A stretch of DNA of 64,000 bases, from assembly GCA_030390025.1 (NCBI GenBank), contig CM059431.1, forward strand, positions 110,176,001 to 110,240,000, in the 5' to 3' direction. Below, in pieces: positions 47,764 to 61,016 of this stretch. Each line of letters begins with the position of its first letter. The stretch's first letter is position 1. The notes below the pieces were generated by a model. It was not told the origin of the DNA and did no database searches. It was given only the letters and a program-made list of their open reading frames with translations. A program made the position numbers and the translations under genes. This DNA comes from Squalus acanthias. Its lineage: Eukaryota.

Positions 47764-48124
47764 GACATCTTTGAGTGAAGGCTTCCAGCTCCTTGCAGGC
47801 GCAGTTCACAAGCAGTAATGATCAGAGTGAGGCTGTGCAGCATGATTAAACCTCCCCTTTAAGAACTGGAAGGCGCCAATCTGTCTGAGGACTCTCTAAT
47901 TGACAGCGCCGGAACTTGATTATCGCTCTGAAGGTAGCGCCCCGCTCTCCGACGTTAGCGCCCTAAGAGAAATGTGTCGCGCTTGATTTAGCGCTCCACT
48001 TCCCTCTTGGAGCGCTAAAACTCAATTTCGCGGTCGCCGGTGCTAATTAACGCCAGGCGCCAAAGTTAGCGCCCAGGCGATGTTAGCGCACCAAAATGGT
48101 CAATACTGAATTTTTTCCCCTACT

Positions 48125-48945
48125 GGGGGAAAAATTCGGTTGGTTAGCGCCTCCCGTTACGCCTCCGGGGGGCGCTAACGGGGCAGTAGGAACTTAGCGC
48201 CCGAGCGCGGCGATTTTAGCACTGCTCGCAAAATTGACCAGTCGTTTTGCTGCGGCGCTAAACACTACCGCCACGATCTCCTGCGCCCGAAGATCGTGAC
48301 GTCAGTCAAGCGTGCAATGGCTGGGTAGCGCCCCGGACTGGATATTGAGTCGCACCCCATGCCTTAGCACCTGCCGCTAGGAACGACAGGTAGAGGGGAA
48401 CGTTTTCAAGTCAGGAAGGGGCTGGGGGAGCGCTATTTAAAGGCGGGCGCTTCCTGCCTTTTCTTGTCGACAACATTTTTGGTACACGCAGGTTGAGAGG
48501 GAAAGAGACGTCTGGAGAGATTTAACGCCCTCAGCAACACTTTTGAGGTTGCTAAGTGCCGAGCTCTTTCCCTGGGCCTATCCATTAGTGCTTCCAACAC
48601 AATTGCTTTAGAGGTCTCTCCAGGCCGAGATTCAAGGCTGCAATGAGCAGGGAGTGGCTGGCCAGCAAGTTGGCCACTCCCCTTTAAGAACTGGATGGCG
48701 CCAGTCTGTCTGGCTTCCATGGTAACTGACATCGCCTGAGCTTCGGTAGCGTTCTGAGGTAGCGCCTCGCTCCCTGACATTAGCGCCTTAAGAGAGGTGT
48801 GTAGCGCCTGATTTAGCGCTCAAATCACCTCCAGGGGCGATAGAGGCGAATTTTGCAGTTGGAGGCGATAATTAGCGCCAGGCGCTAAACTTTGCACCTG
48901 GCCGATATTAGCGCCCCAAAATGGGCGATACCCAATTTTTCCCCC
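48125..48945. mobile_element. Harbinger MITE (deletion derivative of the 44358 family)
   Basis: TIR GGGGGAAAAATT / AATTTTTCCCCC; TSD ACT (48122-48124, 48946-48948). Both ends are colinear with the ends of 44358-48119. Confidence 0.9.
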
Positions 48946-49049
48946 ACTATATTTTGTATCTTTTCAAAAAAGCAAGTAACTTTATCTTTGGTGGGTGAGA
49001 AAAACAACTCAGTAATGGATTGTTAGGGGCATGGCAGAGAAGAGGTAGA

Positions 49050-49410
49050 CAACAACAACAACAACTTGTATTTATATAGTGCCTTTAACGTAGTAAAACG
49101 TCCCAAGGTGCTGCACAGGAGTATTTTAAGACAAAAAAAATTTGACACCGATCCACATAAGGATAAATTAAGGCAGGTGACCAAAAGCTTGGTCAAAGAG
49201 GTAGGTTTTAAGGAGCGGCTTAAAGGAGGAGAGAGAGGCAGAGAGGTTTAGGGAGGGGAATTCCAGAGCTTAGGGCCTCGGCAACAGAAGGCACGGCCGC
49301 TAAAGGTTGAGCGATTATCGTCAGGGATCCTCAAGAGGCCAGAATTAGAGGAGCGCAGATATCTCGGGGGGCTGTGGGGCTGAAGGAGATTACAGAGATC
49401 GGAAGGGGCG
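49050..49410 (-). mobile_element. L2 3' end
   Basis: Matches 6445-6792; (CAA)n tail. Confidence 0.8.
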
Positions 49411-49907
49411 CCTGATCTGCTCGCTCCTTTTACTCGATAACCTCTGCACCTGCGACTGATTTAACATGCAAGCTGCATAAAATGGAGAGAAATCCCAGCT
49501 CCTCAATGCTCATGACAAGGTTGTTTCCCGTTATACTTTGTCTACCTCCTTGTACTCATATATGTCAGAAGGCCTATATTCGGGTCTGTTTTGCAAGCTC
49601 TGTCAGCTTTTTGAAGCTGTTGGCAGCTTTTTAGTCTTTTAGGTTGAACATGTATAATGTGAAAATTTTCAATACAACAGTGAGAGATGTGGAATGTAAA
49701 GGAAGATGCTATTTCTTGTTCAATGTATGTCCTTATAAATCACTTGTGCAAAAAAATTTTAATCTCTACTTCTTGTCACTTGGTTGCTTTTCATTTTCGC
49801 CCTTGATCTGATGATCCTGATACAATTAAGTTCTGAGAAATAGTTTTGGCTAAGGAATCCATTTGACAAATAAATGGATCCATTTTTAATCCCAGTGTTC
49901 ACATTTG

Positions 49908-50240
49908 TGGTGTCAGCTTGGTTCAGTTGATAGCAATGTCACCTGAGTTAGCAGGTCATGAGTTCAAATCCCACTTCTAGGACTTGGGCACCTAACCTAG
50001 GCTGGCACCAGTGCTAAGGGAGTGTTACATTGTCCGAGATGCCATCCTTCAGATGAAACATTAAACTGTAGTCCCATCTGCCTGTTCCTGTGGTTCAGGT
50101 GGATGTTCGTGCTCAATGGCACCATTTGAAAAAGAGCGGGGAGCTCTCCCAGTATCCTGGCCAACATTCCTCCTTCACCCAACACCACCAAAAACAGATT
50201 AACCGCTCACTCATCCAGTGTTTGTGGGATCTTGCTGAGC
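49908..50240 (+). mobile_element. diverged Deu SINE
   Basis: GGTGTCAGCTTGGTTCAGTTG..GAGTTCAAATCCC head plus central domain. Confidence 0.65.
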
Positions 50241-50824
50241 CTACTTTAAAACAAAAATAGCACCTGTCAGGACGGGTAATTTGTTTTCCCTGCAGATTCC
50301 ATATAACTCATAGTTAGCTTATCTCGATAATTTGTTATGTCCGCACCCACCAAAAAAAGCAAAAATGAACAGGCTAGGTTCAGTTGAGCGGTTTCTTTCC
50401 TGGTTGTAAAAATAAAAAATACTACTTCCACTTAGGCCGTCGGCCGTGCCCACACGAGCACACTTATCTTTATGGTCCTGCTAATTCCGTTAAATCTTCA
50501 AAATAGCTAAACATGGAGGCTTTCAAATCAAAGTGGTCACCAGACTTTCTGCAGCTATGAATCTCACTTACAAAGCTGCTGCCTTGGTCAAGAATGCTGT
50601 TGGATGAATCAGAAATGTAAAAAATGTCAAGCATTCCCCACTGTTTTAATAATACTTTTAGCATTAGACGTCAGGTTAGTGATAATGTTAACATTTCATT
50701 GGATAGTACAGTTGCTGAATAGTTACACAAATGACTTCACCTAGCCAATTTGTGGAGTTGTTGAGGTTTAATATGGTAATCACTGTTCATAATATTCATT
50801 CTGTTTATTTAATGAAAAATAATT

Positions 50825-51160
50825 GTAGGGGCTCCCCAATGGCTTAGTTGATGTAAGGGAGTGAACTCCTGAGCAGCGCAGACCAGAAGGACCCAAATTC
50901 AATTAATAGTCTACTGAGTTAGCCTCAGCTGGAATTGTAGGAGGGGCGATAGCACCGATAATTAGTCATGGTCCTGTTTGCTCTCCAGTAGTCTCTGTTG
51001 ACAAGCGCATAGGATTAGCTCAGTGGCAATTCCCCACCCTCCAAGTTGGACATGCCTGCTAATGCTCACTGTCTCAGCTCACATGGCTTCTTGAGCAATG
51101 CACAAGAGACTAACCAGAGCCTGTTGAACTATGCCCAACACTGGTCTGTGCCTTCAGGAC
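50825..51160 (+). mobile_element. decayed LF-SINE-like SINE
   Basis: GGGGCTCCCCAATGGCTTAG..GACCAGAAGG..CTGAGTTAGC; similar to 800-1130 reversed. Confidence 0.4.
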
Positions 51161-51510
51161 TTTAGGGTGGGGTTTGAGATCTTGAAAGCAACAGGAGAAC
51201 TTATTAGTGTGGGGGAATCTTTTGGACATGAAAAAATATAGTAATTCTGCTACTGGATAAGAGGCAGAATTGGCAACGCGAACATGGATGGCACAGAAAC
51301 AATGCTCGCCTGTGATTCAAGCTGAACAAGTACCAATGGAAAAGTACCTTGAGGTGCATTCCACAATCTAGTGGGTTAAATAATAGATTAGTGCTAGTTT
51401 TATTTGTAACGGAAATGTCCTGTTGCGTAAAATGAGGCACTGCAAGTTATTGAATATACTATGAGGACTCTGTGGTAATGCCAGGACAGAGATGATGGTA
51501 TATAGATAGA

Positions 51511-51934
51511 TAGACTTGCATTTATATAGTGCCTTTCATGACCACCGGACATCTCAAAGTGCTTTACAGCCAATGAAGTACTATTTGAAGTGTGGTCACT
51601 GTTGTAATGTTGGAAATGCAGCAGCCAATTTGCGCACAGCAAACTGCAATGCGACATCGACCAGATAATCTTGTTTTAGTGATGTTGATTGAGGGATAAA
51701 TATTGGCCCAGGACACTGGGGATAACTCCCCTGCTCTTCTTCGAAATAGTGGCCATGGAATCGTTTATGTCCACCTGAGAGGGCAGACGGGGCCTCAGTT
51801 TAACATCTCCTCCGAAAGATGACCACTCCTTCAGTGCTGCACTGGGTCTATTTTTGTCAGCTGAGATTAGGCTTGAACTCACAACCTTCTGACTCAGAAG
51901 ACGAGAGTGCTACCAACTGAGCGACGGCTGACAC
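51511..51934 (-). mobile_element. Deu SINE
   Basis: Colinear with 14457-14910. Confidence 0.8.
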
Positions 51935-52265
51935 AACAACGGCGTGGAACTGGAGAGAGGAGTGAAACTGACTTGAGTTGAATGCTGACAAATAATTGTC
52001 AAGTTAATTTTTGTAACCCATTTTCCTGATTTGTAGTTGGCTACATTTTTCATTTCCCTAATAGATGATTCACATTCAGTGTTGGGTGTGACCCATCCCT
52101 CTTGCTAATAGTGGAAGAACACTTGGAATGTATATAAGACACCATCATCATTCAGTCACCTGTTCATTTTCTACAGTATTTTTGTAAGACATTTAAAATG
52201 AGATGTTTCCCTTTTACTTCAAATTACATACATGTATATTATCCCTTTTACTTATTGCATAAAAG

Positions 52266-52416
52266 GGAGAAAATATATGAGTGGAGAATTTCCTCGGGAC
52301 ATCTCCCGTTCCATCACTGTATCTTCGACGGAAACCCAGTGTACGTGGGTAAACACAGTTTCCAGCGAAGTTATGGTGTCAGAGCGGGAGAAGCCCAGAG
52401 GAAATTCACCCCAAAG
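52266..52416 (+). other. candidate host exon (unidentified)
   Basis: Non-repetitive 151 nt between AG (52264-52265) and AAG|GTAT. Two open frames; CpGs retained in an AT-rich context. Confidence 0.25.
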
Positions 52417-52699
52417 GTATCAGTATATAGTATTATATATTGGCACCATGTATATTCTCTGTCTCCCATTGTTTTAATTGAATTAATACAATGTTGGCTC
52501 CTAATAGCAAAAAAAGAGGTTTTTGGGTACATGCTGCATAATTTGATTCACACTGTGTAATACAAGGTAAGATACTGTGGTTTTTTTTATTTGCTTATGG
52601 GATCTGGGCGTCGCTGGCAAGACCAGCATTTATTGCCCATCCCTAAATGATGCTCACAATAAAGGATAAAATACTGTGTAACACACAAAGGTCAGCTAA

Positions 52700-54618
52700 T
52701 ACAAAGGCAAAATACTGCAGATGCTGGAAATCTGAAATAAAAACAGAAAATGCTGGAAATACTCAGCATCTGTGGAGAGAGAAACAGAGTTAACGGGCTG
52801 GATTTTCCGGAGGGTCAGCGGGCGCGATCGGTGGCGGTTCGGGTGGGAGAGTGGTTTTTTTCCCCAGCGGGTCGGGACCCCGCTGTGAACCCACCACCAC
52901 GCGCCTTTTCCCGATGTCAGGTCTGTCAGGGCTGAGCAGACCCGACACGCAGCGGCGGGGGACCCAATTCAGGTCATTATGATCTTGTTTAGAGATGATT
53001 AAGAATACATTTCAGCTCACCTTTTGATTTTATGTGCTCACCCACAGGGTCCTCACTATTCGGGGATCACATCTGTTAAGCTGAGGCGGGAGGTCAGTGG
53101 CCATTGAATCAGCTGTTGAGTTGACAGCTTCAGATGTAAAGTAAAAGCTCCCAGCTTACAGAGATATCGTCACTCAGCCACAAGCTCTTCCTCACTGCAT
53201 TTCCACAACAGATTCACCATGCTGCAAGTCTTTACACAAGTCGCCGTCCAGTCTGACCTCATTACCTCTCTCACCATTGACAGATCGCTTCTGTCATCTC
53301 TACTTCACCTGCCATCTATTCCATCAGCATGGGTGCCCTTTATACTCTCTCACCTTGGTCCTCAGAATCCCACCACGATCAGCCCCAACACCAGCAGCAC
53401 CAGGCACACCAGCAGCTCCAACAACAACACCAACCTTCTCCGCAATCAACTGATGCTGCACAGGACAGAGGGCATCAGCACCCGACCACAGTGCTGCCTG
53501 GGAGGCCAGGGATGGCCTCACCATGGTCAGATTTACTTCACTTGACGCTGTACACCCTGGCTGCCACATGATGCGCCGAGTTGGCACTACCCCACACCAA
53601 CACCAAAAAGCATCCCTACAATGCCCAAGCCATTCCTTTCAACTCATTGCGAGCGGTACCGTTGCAGTGAATGGTGAGACATTTCACCATTCACTGCAAC
53701 GCACTAAGCCAAATGTGCACACAAATCTGTCCAAGGATGCAAAGTGTTGAAAATAAAGGTTTCAAGGTTTGACACCACAGTAACAGAAACTTTGTTGTTA
53801 GTTGGTATGATTGCACTAGGATGAGGGTGAGTGTGAGGGGTGGCTAGTGAGATGGGGATGTGATAATGTAGATATATAGAGAGAGAGAGGGATGGTGGAG
53901 CTGCAAGGTAAGTTGCTGTGAGTAAGGATGTGCAGGGGTAGGGTGGGGAAGGCAGAGTGATGGGGATGTGATGAGAGGTACAGGAGGATGAGGTTGAGTG
54001 TGGCTTTGTACTAACATTTCGTGATCTGCTGAGATCATTGAAACATTTGCAGCACTGCACCCAGATCCTCCTGACCACATCCCTGCTTGTGCCCTCCTCT
54101 GCAATGTGCAACCAGGCTGTGTTGATCACCTGGGGAGGTCTCTTCCGCCCATGGGAAGGGAACAGGACCGCCCTGCGTGCTGTGAATCCCTCATAAGCAT
54201 ATGGAGGGAGTCATGGGAGAGCCTGGGTGCAGTTGTGCCTCTGTGCAGTCATTGTCAGTGTTTGTAGCACCTCAATGCTGTAGAACACTGACAGCACAAA
54301 TGTCAAAATAAAGTTGGCCATGGTCCCTTTAAGGAAATCGGCTGATGACCCGCTTCCTCTAATTGGCCGGCAAACACGCTGGGCGGGTTTAACAAGCCCA
54401 ATCTCGGGAAATTCATTTCAGAGGCCGGGTTGGAGCCAGCAGCGGGGTTGGGACCCACCACCGACGTTGCCCGCCACGGACCTGCCGAGATCGGCAAAAT
54501 CACGGCCAAGGTTTCAGACCGATGACCTTTCGCCTTCGACTTGAAACATTAACTCTGTTTCTCTCTCCACAGATGCTGCCTGACCTGCTGAGTATTTCCA
54601 GCTTTTCCTGTTTTTATC
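52700..54618. mobile_element. Penelope family B inverted pLTR pair (52700-52794, 54508-54618) split by a Harbinger
   Basis: GCAAAATACTGCAGATGCTGG..GAGTTAAC | (AAG)GTTTCAGACCGATGACC followed by the inverted arm. Confidence 0.75.
52795..54507. mobile_element. non-autonomous Harbinger derivative
   Basis: TIR GGGCTGGATTTT / AAAATCACGGCC; TSD AAC/AAG. Q/H-rich MGALY.. stub (+) and Myb exon (-). Confidence 0.85.
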
Positions 54619-55309
54619 GAAGATCATTTAATTTCCTGTTAGAAAATAATAGTTGGACTTTCAAAATTGTGATTGGTTTTATTTTGTTCATCAAAGTGAC
54701 CAACCAGTGTTGACATCAAGCCCTCCAAGGTTAGGTATGATGTGGGTCAGATACAGGCTAAAACTCCCTACACCCTGCCCCAATAATTTGTTTTAAACCC
54801 AACCAAATAACACCCCTGCAGTAAAATTAGATATTTCTATTTTCCACAATGGCTGTTTTTGTGCACTCTCTATGAATACAATTAAGCTGAAATTATGGAC
54901 TATGATACAGTACAGTAGCTTTGCTTTTAGCTTTGGCATTATGGATTATATACTCAGTTCAAAGAGGAAGATTAATAAGGTGTAATAGACTGAAATATTG
55001 GGATGAAAGTGAGGTGGGCATAAGAACATTGCTGAGCTGAGGAGAGAACTTCAAGGCCAACGCAGGGACGATAGTATGGAACCGGAGAAAGGAGTGAAAT
55101 GAATGAATAAAAAGAATGCATATGAAGCAAGTTTGGGGCCCAAGTTAAATCCCTGGTCCATGCTGAGTTGGCTGATCTCATTGAAGATGACCGCCATGGC
55201 TTTAAAATTGGCCTCAGGATCACTATGCTTGGGAGAGATTTTTTTTTTAAGTTAGAGATTCCTGCTATCGAGCCCTCTTCTGGAAAGGCTTGCATGTGAA
55301 TAAGATTAT

Positions 55310-56070
55310 GGCCTGGATCTTGCGGTCAGTGGTGAAGGGGTGGCGCTCGCTGCTGGCCTCGAAGAAAGCTGCCCACAAAGATTTAGCAGGCTCTGCGGTG
55401 TCAATTTCCCCTATTTCAACCTCAATTTCATTCTGGCGCCAACTATAGGGGATCTATGGCGTCCAGGGACAGTGAAGCCATCAAGCAGGCTAAGCAGCCA
55501 ATCAGATTGAAGAATGATCACAGACCGCAATCCAGGAAGTATCATTCACTTTTTAATCATGTTACAGAGAGCGAAATAAAGATTGGAACATACACATGGG
55601 ATTACGGTAGAAGCTGAAATATCAAAAACAAACTTTAAAAAACAAAAATATTTTTTATTAATTTAAAAATCTATGGAATTTTTATCATGGGATGGAAGGA
55701 ATGACATTCCAGACTTATAAAATTAGCTTTTCAGGGCCAGAGAGGTTGTTCAGCAGTAATTATGACTAATTATGCCATTAAAAACTCAGTTACACCTCAT
55801 TCAACAAGGCTTAACTTTTTCAATGTTTTTTACAGCGAGAATAGCGCGTAAAAAGTTGAAGTTGATGTCAAATCGCTGATTCTGTGCTGATTCCATCTCC
55901 GAAGACTGCAACAGCGCACTGTGGAGGAGCAGGGTATCACTGACAGCAACTTCCGGATTTCTGCGTTTAACTGCGCTTGTGCGGTCAGTGGTCAGTTGCC
56001 GTCAGTTTTACACAGTAATGATGGCGAATGCTGACAGTTTTGCCGTCATTACAACCGCAAAATGTGGGCC
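55310..56070. mobile_element. Harbinger-type MITE
   Basis: TIR GGCCTGGATCTTGCGGT / ACCGCAAAATGTGGGCC; TSD TAT. Confidence 0.8.
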
Positions 56071-56541
56071 TATGTTTGCCTTTGACGGCCCCTGGGATTC
56101 ATTAGTCCACTGACGCTCAGATTTGTTTGAGTTAACTACTGAAAAGGGCCATGGTTTATTTTGGTCAGCCAGGTGCCAGGTTTCCTTGTGTGCCAATCAT
56201 GTTTGGAGTATGTCCTTATGTTCTAAGCTACCGTGAGACCTGGGCCTGAGGAATTTCTGTTTGCCTGATTTAGAATGTGCATTTATTTCTCCCTTCCTCC
56301 TCCCCCCCCTCCCTCCCAACCCCCACCCCTCCCCCCATCTCCTCCACATCCTGCTTACCTAGGTCCAGAGAGCTAAGGAGCAAGTTGGCAGAGTCAGTTT
56401 ATGAGCCCCAATTATTTGTTGGGGTACTGCTGAAGTGTAACCAGCTGAAACCTCACTGCGTACCACAGCATGAATAGTTGCTTCCAAGAGAGAAGGAAGA
56501 GTCAGGTGATAAGGAAACGAGAGGAAAAAATACATCACAAG

Positions 56542-56705
56542 CAATGTTTCCTTCAAGCTGCGCGGCTGCACAGCTCTCGGGACCTCCGACGCAGCCGCCT
56601 CGCCGGCTTTCCAATGTGAAAAACCGCACCTGCGCGGTATTTTGAATGGGCCGCGCTGCCCCTTAAAGGGGCCGCGCACCCAAAAAAAAATAAGAGGAAA
56701 CATTG
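56542..56705. mobile_element. short MITE (hAT-like termini)
   Basis: 11-bp TIR CAATGTTTCCT / AGGAAACATTG; related decayed copy at about 590-735. No clear 8-bp TSD. Confidence 0.5.
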
Positions 56706-57347
56706 CAAGCACTGTGATGTAAGCAAATGTATGATAATTTTCCATAAAAGGGTATCACAAGGACTCTTTGTTTGTAATCAGATATCAAACAACTCAATCA
56801 TTTTAGGAACTCACCCATGAGGAGTGAAGCGAGGATAGACAGCGGCTCCTTTAACACAAGCACAGGACAAGGTTGGCAATGACGGTGGTATCATTGAGTT
56901 GATGTCTGAAGTTCTATCTGAGATGGAGTCAGAGGGTTGTCTACAGGCAACTGTGTGTGAAACCAGATTACTTACTATGTATTATATTATCGTCTGTTGA
57001 ATATCAATAATTTCATTTCATAGTGAACTCTGGTTTGATTTGTTAGATTTGTGGTCCACTTGGAGGATTAATACTGGTGCATACAAAAGAACAAGAGTAA
57101 GTTGTATCATTCCTTCCAGTGCATGTTTGTTCCTTGCACTGCACATTTTCTGTTCCTGAAACCAGTTCCACCAAGCTAATATGTGAACCAATTTCTATTG
57201 AACAGAAGGGAACCCAGGTGTGATGCAGGATTCTGTAAGCAGTTATAATCTGTATCTGAGTAGTAATAGCCAAAACCAAATGTCTTCAACGTGCTACTGA
57301 AAGATTGGGTTTCATTTGCACAGAAACTGGATTGGAGTAGCTACAAT

Positions 57348-58111
57348 GGGCCAGAAATTCAGCTTTCAGGCTTCCTGCGGGTGCAAGCATCGCGCGCGTA
57401 CTTGCCTACCGCGCCTGCAGTTGTGCTTTGGGCCCATGAGGACTTCGGGTCCTGGGCCTCCTCCAGCTGCCGGCGCGCAGTGCTTGTGTATCCCAGGGGT
57501 GCAGTTAGTTCGAAGCGTCCCCTGGGATCACGTGGGCCATGGAGAGCCAATCCTAGCAGGGCATTTTCATTCATAGATTTGACAGGAAGACCTGTCAAAT
57601 CTATGAATAGAGATCGGCCCCAAAACCACACTTAAACTTCAAATACATTTTTTTTTTAATCACATTTTTAAAATATCTATAAGTTAAATAAATTAACTAC
57701 TTTAAACAAAAATTTACATTTCTGAAAAAATTAATTATACTTTGTAATGGTGCTAAAAATAAACTTACCTTTCTTTAAAGTATCTAAAAAAGATAAACCT
57801 GTTGAAAAAATTTTTAAATTGTAATTAATTAACCACTTACCTTGTTAAAAACAGGCCTTGCGCCTCCTTTTTAAAAGCGCAGCTTCTCCATACTTACCTT
57901 CCCGGAGAAACCTGAAAAAAAAAATCGAAGTTCGCTGCGTGCACGCAGCCTCTCCCGCGCACGCATTCGACTTCTGAACCTCTTCCTTCAGGGGAACGGA
58001 AGTTCCGGTTTCCCGCGCATGCGCAGTGCATGCAGGAAACCGACACTTCAGATGGCCTTACGGGTGAGTACACAGCGCGTACTCACCCGGCATCAGCCGA
58101 ATTTCTGGCCC
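57348..58111. mobile_element. Harbinger-type MITE
   Basis: Perfect 13-bp TIR GGGCCAGAAATTC / GAATTTCTGGCCC; TSD AAT. A fragment of the same family is at about 60786-60905. Confidence 0.88.
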
Positions 58112-58579
58112 AATACATTCAGAAGAAGAGACAAAATACAATATTTCGATGTGTTTTTCTCACTTTCTGCAGCTGAAGATGCAAACACAAAATACTTAAG
58201 TCCAAATACTTGATTACTCCTACTAACATCTCCTACGTTGTTCGATGTTCATATCTATGGTCATGCACATCTGAAGAGACATTTGTGACTATCTTATGGT
58301 CTTGCAAGAGGCTAGACATTTAAATGCATTTCAGGGCCAATTTTCTGAGTTCCCAACACCATCAGGGAGCTTTCCCTACTGGCCACACACATCAGAAAAT
58401 TGCGGATGTGTGGCCCTTCATTTTCTGTCCATTGAAATGATTGCTGATGATTTGCTGAAATGCGTGGCTGGCAGGTGAGGCTCCCCATCAGCAGTGTAAA
58501 CACAGAGGATTACTACCTTTAGCTACTTTAAATATTTGAAGACATTTTTGGACCAACGTGAGAACGGGGTTTAACTTGG

Positions 58580-60730
58580 TTCAAATCCCGGTGGTCTTGA
58601 TTAAAATTATCCTTCGATACAAAGATTAAAAGATCCCGTTGAATTTCAAATAGCAGGTATTATTAATATTGGAGATAAAAGGCAGTAAAAAGGCTTTCTC
58701 TAAGCACATTAGCAAGGGCACAGTTAAGATACTGGTAGGGTTGCTAAAAGATGGCGGAGGTGGAGAATAAGCAAATGGCAGAGATTTTGCCTCAGTTTTC
58801 ACAAGAGGAGGTGTATAATTTAAGATTGTAGATCCACCAGTGAACAGTGGAACTGTTAGTGGAGGTCACTATTCAAAGAGAAATGTTACTAAAATAATTA
58901 CTCAAACTTAAAGTAGACAAATCATTGGGACTTGACAGTTGTTATCCAAGGACCGGCTAGGGAAGAAATAACAAAGGCTCTGACTATAGTTTTCCAAAAT
59001 TCTGTGGAAATGTCAATTGCGCCAGAGGACTGGGACGTTGAATATGTGACTGTCACCATTAAAAAGAAGGTAAGGATAAGCCAGGAAATTACAGGCCTGT
59101 AAAAATGTTTTTATTCATTCACAGGATATGGGCATTGCTGGCAAGGCCAGCATTTATTGCCCATCCCTAATTATCCTTAACTGAGTAGCTTGCTAGGCCA
59201 TTTCAAAGGGCAGTTGAGAGTCAACCACTCTTTGTGGGTCTGGAGTCATATATAGACCAGACTGGGTAAGGACAGCAGATTTCCTTCCCTAAAGGACATT
59301 AGTGAACCAGATGGGTTTTTTGTAATGACAGTCCAGTAGGTAATAGTCACCATTACTGATAACTGAATTTAAATTCCTCAGCTGCCATGGTGGGATTTGA
59401 ATTCATATCTCCAGATCATTAGTCCAGGACCTCTGGATTACTAGTACAGTAACATAGCTACAATGCTACCGCTCCCTGCTGTTACTGCAATTGTTGGTCA
59501 AGCTACTAGAGTTTGTAACATGGGATGAAATTGCTAAACACTTGCAGAAACATTAGCTAACCAAGGCCAGTCAGCCTAAAAGGCAGGACATGCCTGACCA
59601 ACCTTATGAGTCTTTGAAAAAGTACGAGGATAGATAAATAAGATGTGGTTTACATGGAATTGTCAATTTGCATTTGATAAAGTATCACATTAGAAAATTA
59701 TGGATAAGATAATGGACCACAGACCTAAGGAGAAAGTGATCTCATGAATAGAGAGATGGTTGTAGAGCAGAAAGCATTGGGGTAAAAGGAAGTATCTTGG
59801 ACTAGAAAGGTGTGGCGAGTAGTGTTCCACAGTGGTTTGTGTTGGGGCCACTCTTGTTTACTATATACATAAAATAAGTGCACTTGGGAATTACATTATA
59901 TTGAAATCTCTGCTACCAAGTTGAGGGGTTTGTGATCAGGATTGTGAAAAACTGCAGGAGGATACTAATGGGCTGGCTGGAAGGGAAGATAGGTGAAAGA
60001 TGCAATTCACTATAGAAGAAGTAAGAATAGGGAAAGAAATACACCTTCAATGGAAAGCTTTTATGGAGCAGAGGAGCAAAGCGATCTTGGCTTGCAGCTA
60101 CACAGATCATTAAAAGTAACAGCGCAAGCAGAAAGGCAAATGGAATTATTGGTTTTGTATCTGGAAGCAAGGAGGTGATGTTGAACTTGTTCAAGACCTT
60201 AGTTTGGCCGCAGGTCTATTGTGTGGAATTTTGGGTACCCCATTATAGGAAGGATATAAAACAATGAAGAAGGTGCAGTGTAGATTCACTAGGATGTTAC
60301 CAGGGATGAGGGGTTAAAGTTAAGAACCGAGAATCAAAGTTAGGGCTTTTTTCACTAGAACTGAGAAGGTTAAGGAATGACCTGATCGAGGCTTTCAAGA
60401 TTATGAAGGGTTATGATGAGATTAAAAGTGGTGGATTATTTTCACTGGCTGGCAGGACTTTAACAAGCTGGTGCAAATTTATGATATTGACAAAGAATTG
60501 GACATTAGAAAAAAATATTTACACACAGGGTAGTTACAATGCGGAATTTCCTGCCACAAACTGCTGTTGGAGCAGAGTCCATAAATGATTCTAAAAGCAA
60601 ATTAGAAATGGTTTAATAAAAGAGGGTATGGGTAGTGAACAGGAGAGTGGGATTAGACTAGGCGGCTCAAGTGGAGATAAACACCAGTACAGAATTGATG
60701 GGTCAAATGGCCCGTTGCTGTGTTGGATCA
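58580..60730 (+). mobile_element. old decayed CR1 LINE
   Basis: Degenerate CCAGAGGACTGG, GGAAATTACAGGCCTGT, AGTGTTCCACAG..TTGGGGCCACTC and AGATTCACTAGGATG motifs in CR1 ORF2 order. Confidence 0.7.
59108..59475 (-). mobile_element. tRNA-derived SINE sharing the 3' tail of the 1314-2215 LINE
   Basis: Minus head ..GAATTCAAATCCCACC (B box); tail TTAGGGATGGGCAATAAATGCTGGCCTTGCCAGC matches the LINE 3' end. Confidence 0.7.
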
Positions 60731-61016
60731 TCCAGATTCGATGGACCTTGTTGCTATACCAAGGGGCACAGATTCTTACTCCCATGAGCCAAAAATTGCA
60801 GTCTGACGCTGCGAAGCAGAGGGCAGTGTAATGGCCCACGGATCCCGGGGACGCAGCCTGGGCAGAAGCATACCTGGGATCACGTGGGCCTGGTCCTCCA
60901 ATCAGAAAACAGAATTAGATTTTACATATTTCAGAAGGGAATCCCATAATCAGATTTAATGGAATCCCATAATCAGATTTAATTACAATTTACAGGATTG
61001 GAATTTAATTCCTACT

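Larger units (their letters stand above)
44358..48119. mobile_element. full-length PIF/Harbinger DNA transposon (frameshifted)
   Basis: TIR GGGCTAGAAATTC / GAATTTTTTCCC, TSD CTA. Convergent transposase and Myb-like genes; subterminal TAGCGCC arrays. Confidence 0.92.

Noticed and set aside
60939..60983. Tandem duplication GGAATCCCATAATCAGATTTAAT x2
   Set aside because: A simple two-copy slippage duplication; no spacer or array structure, not CRISPR-like.
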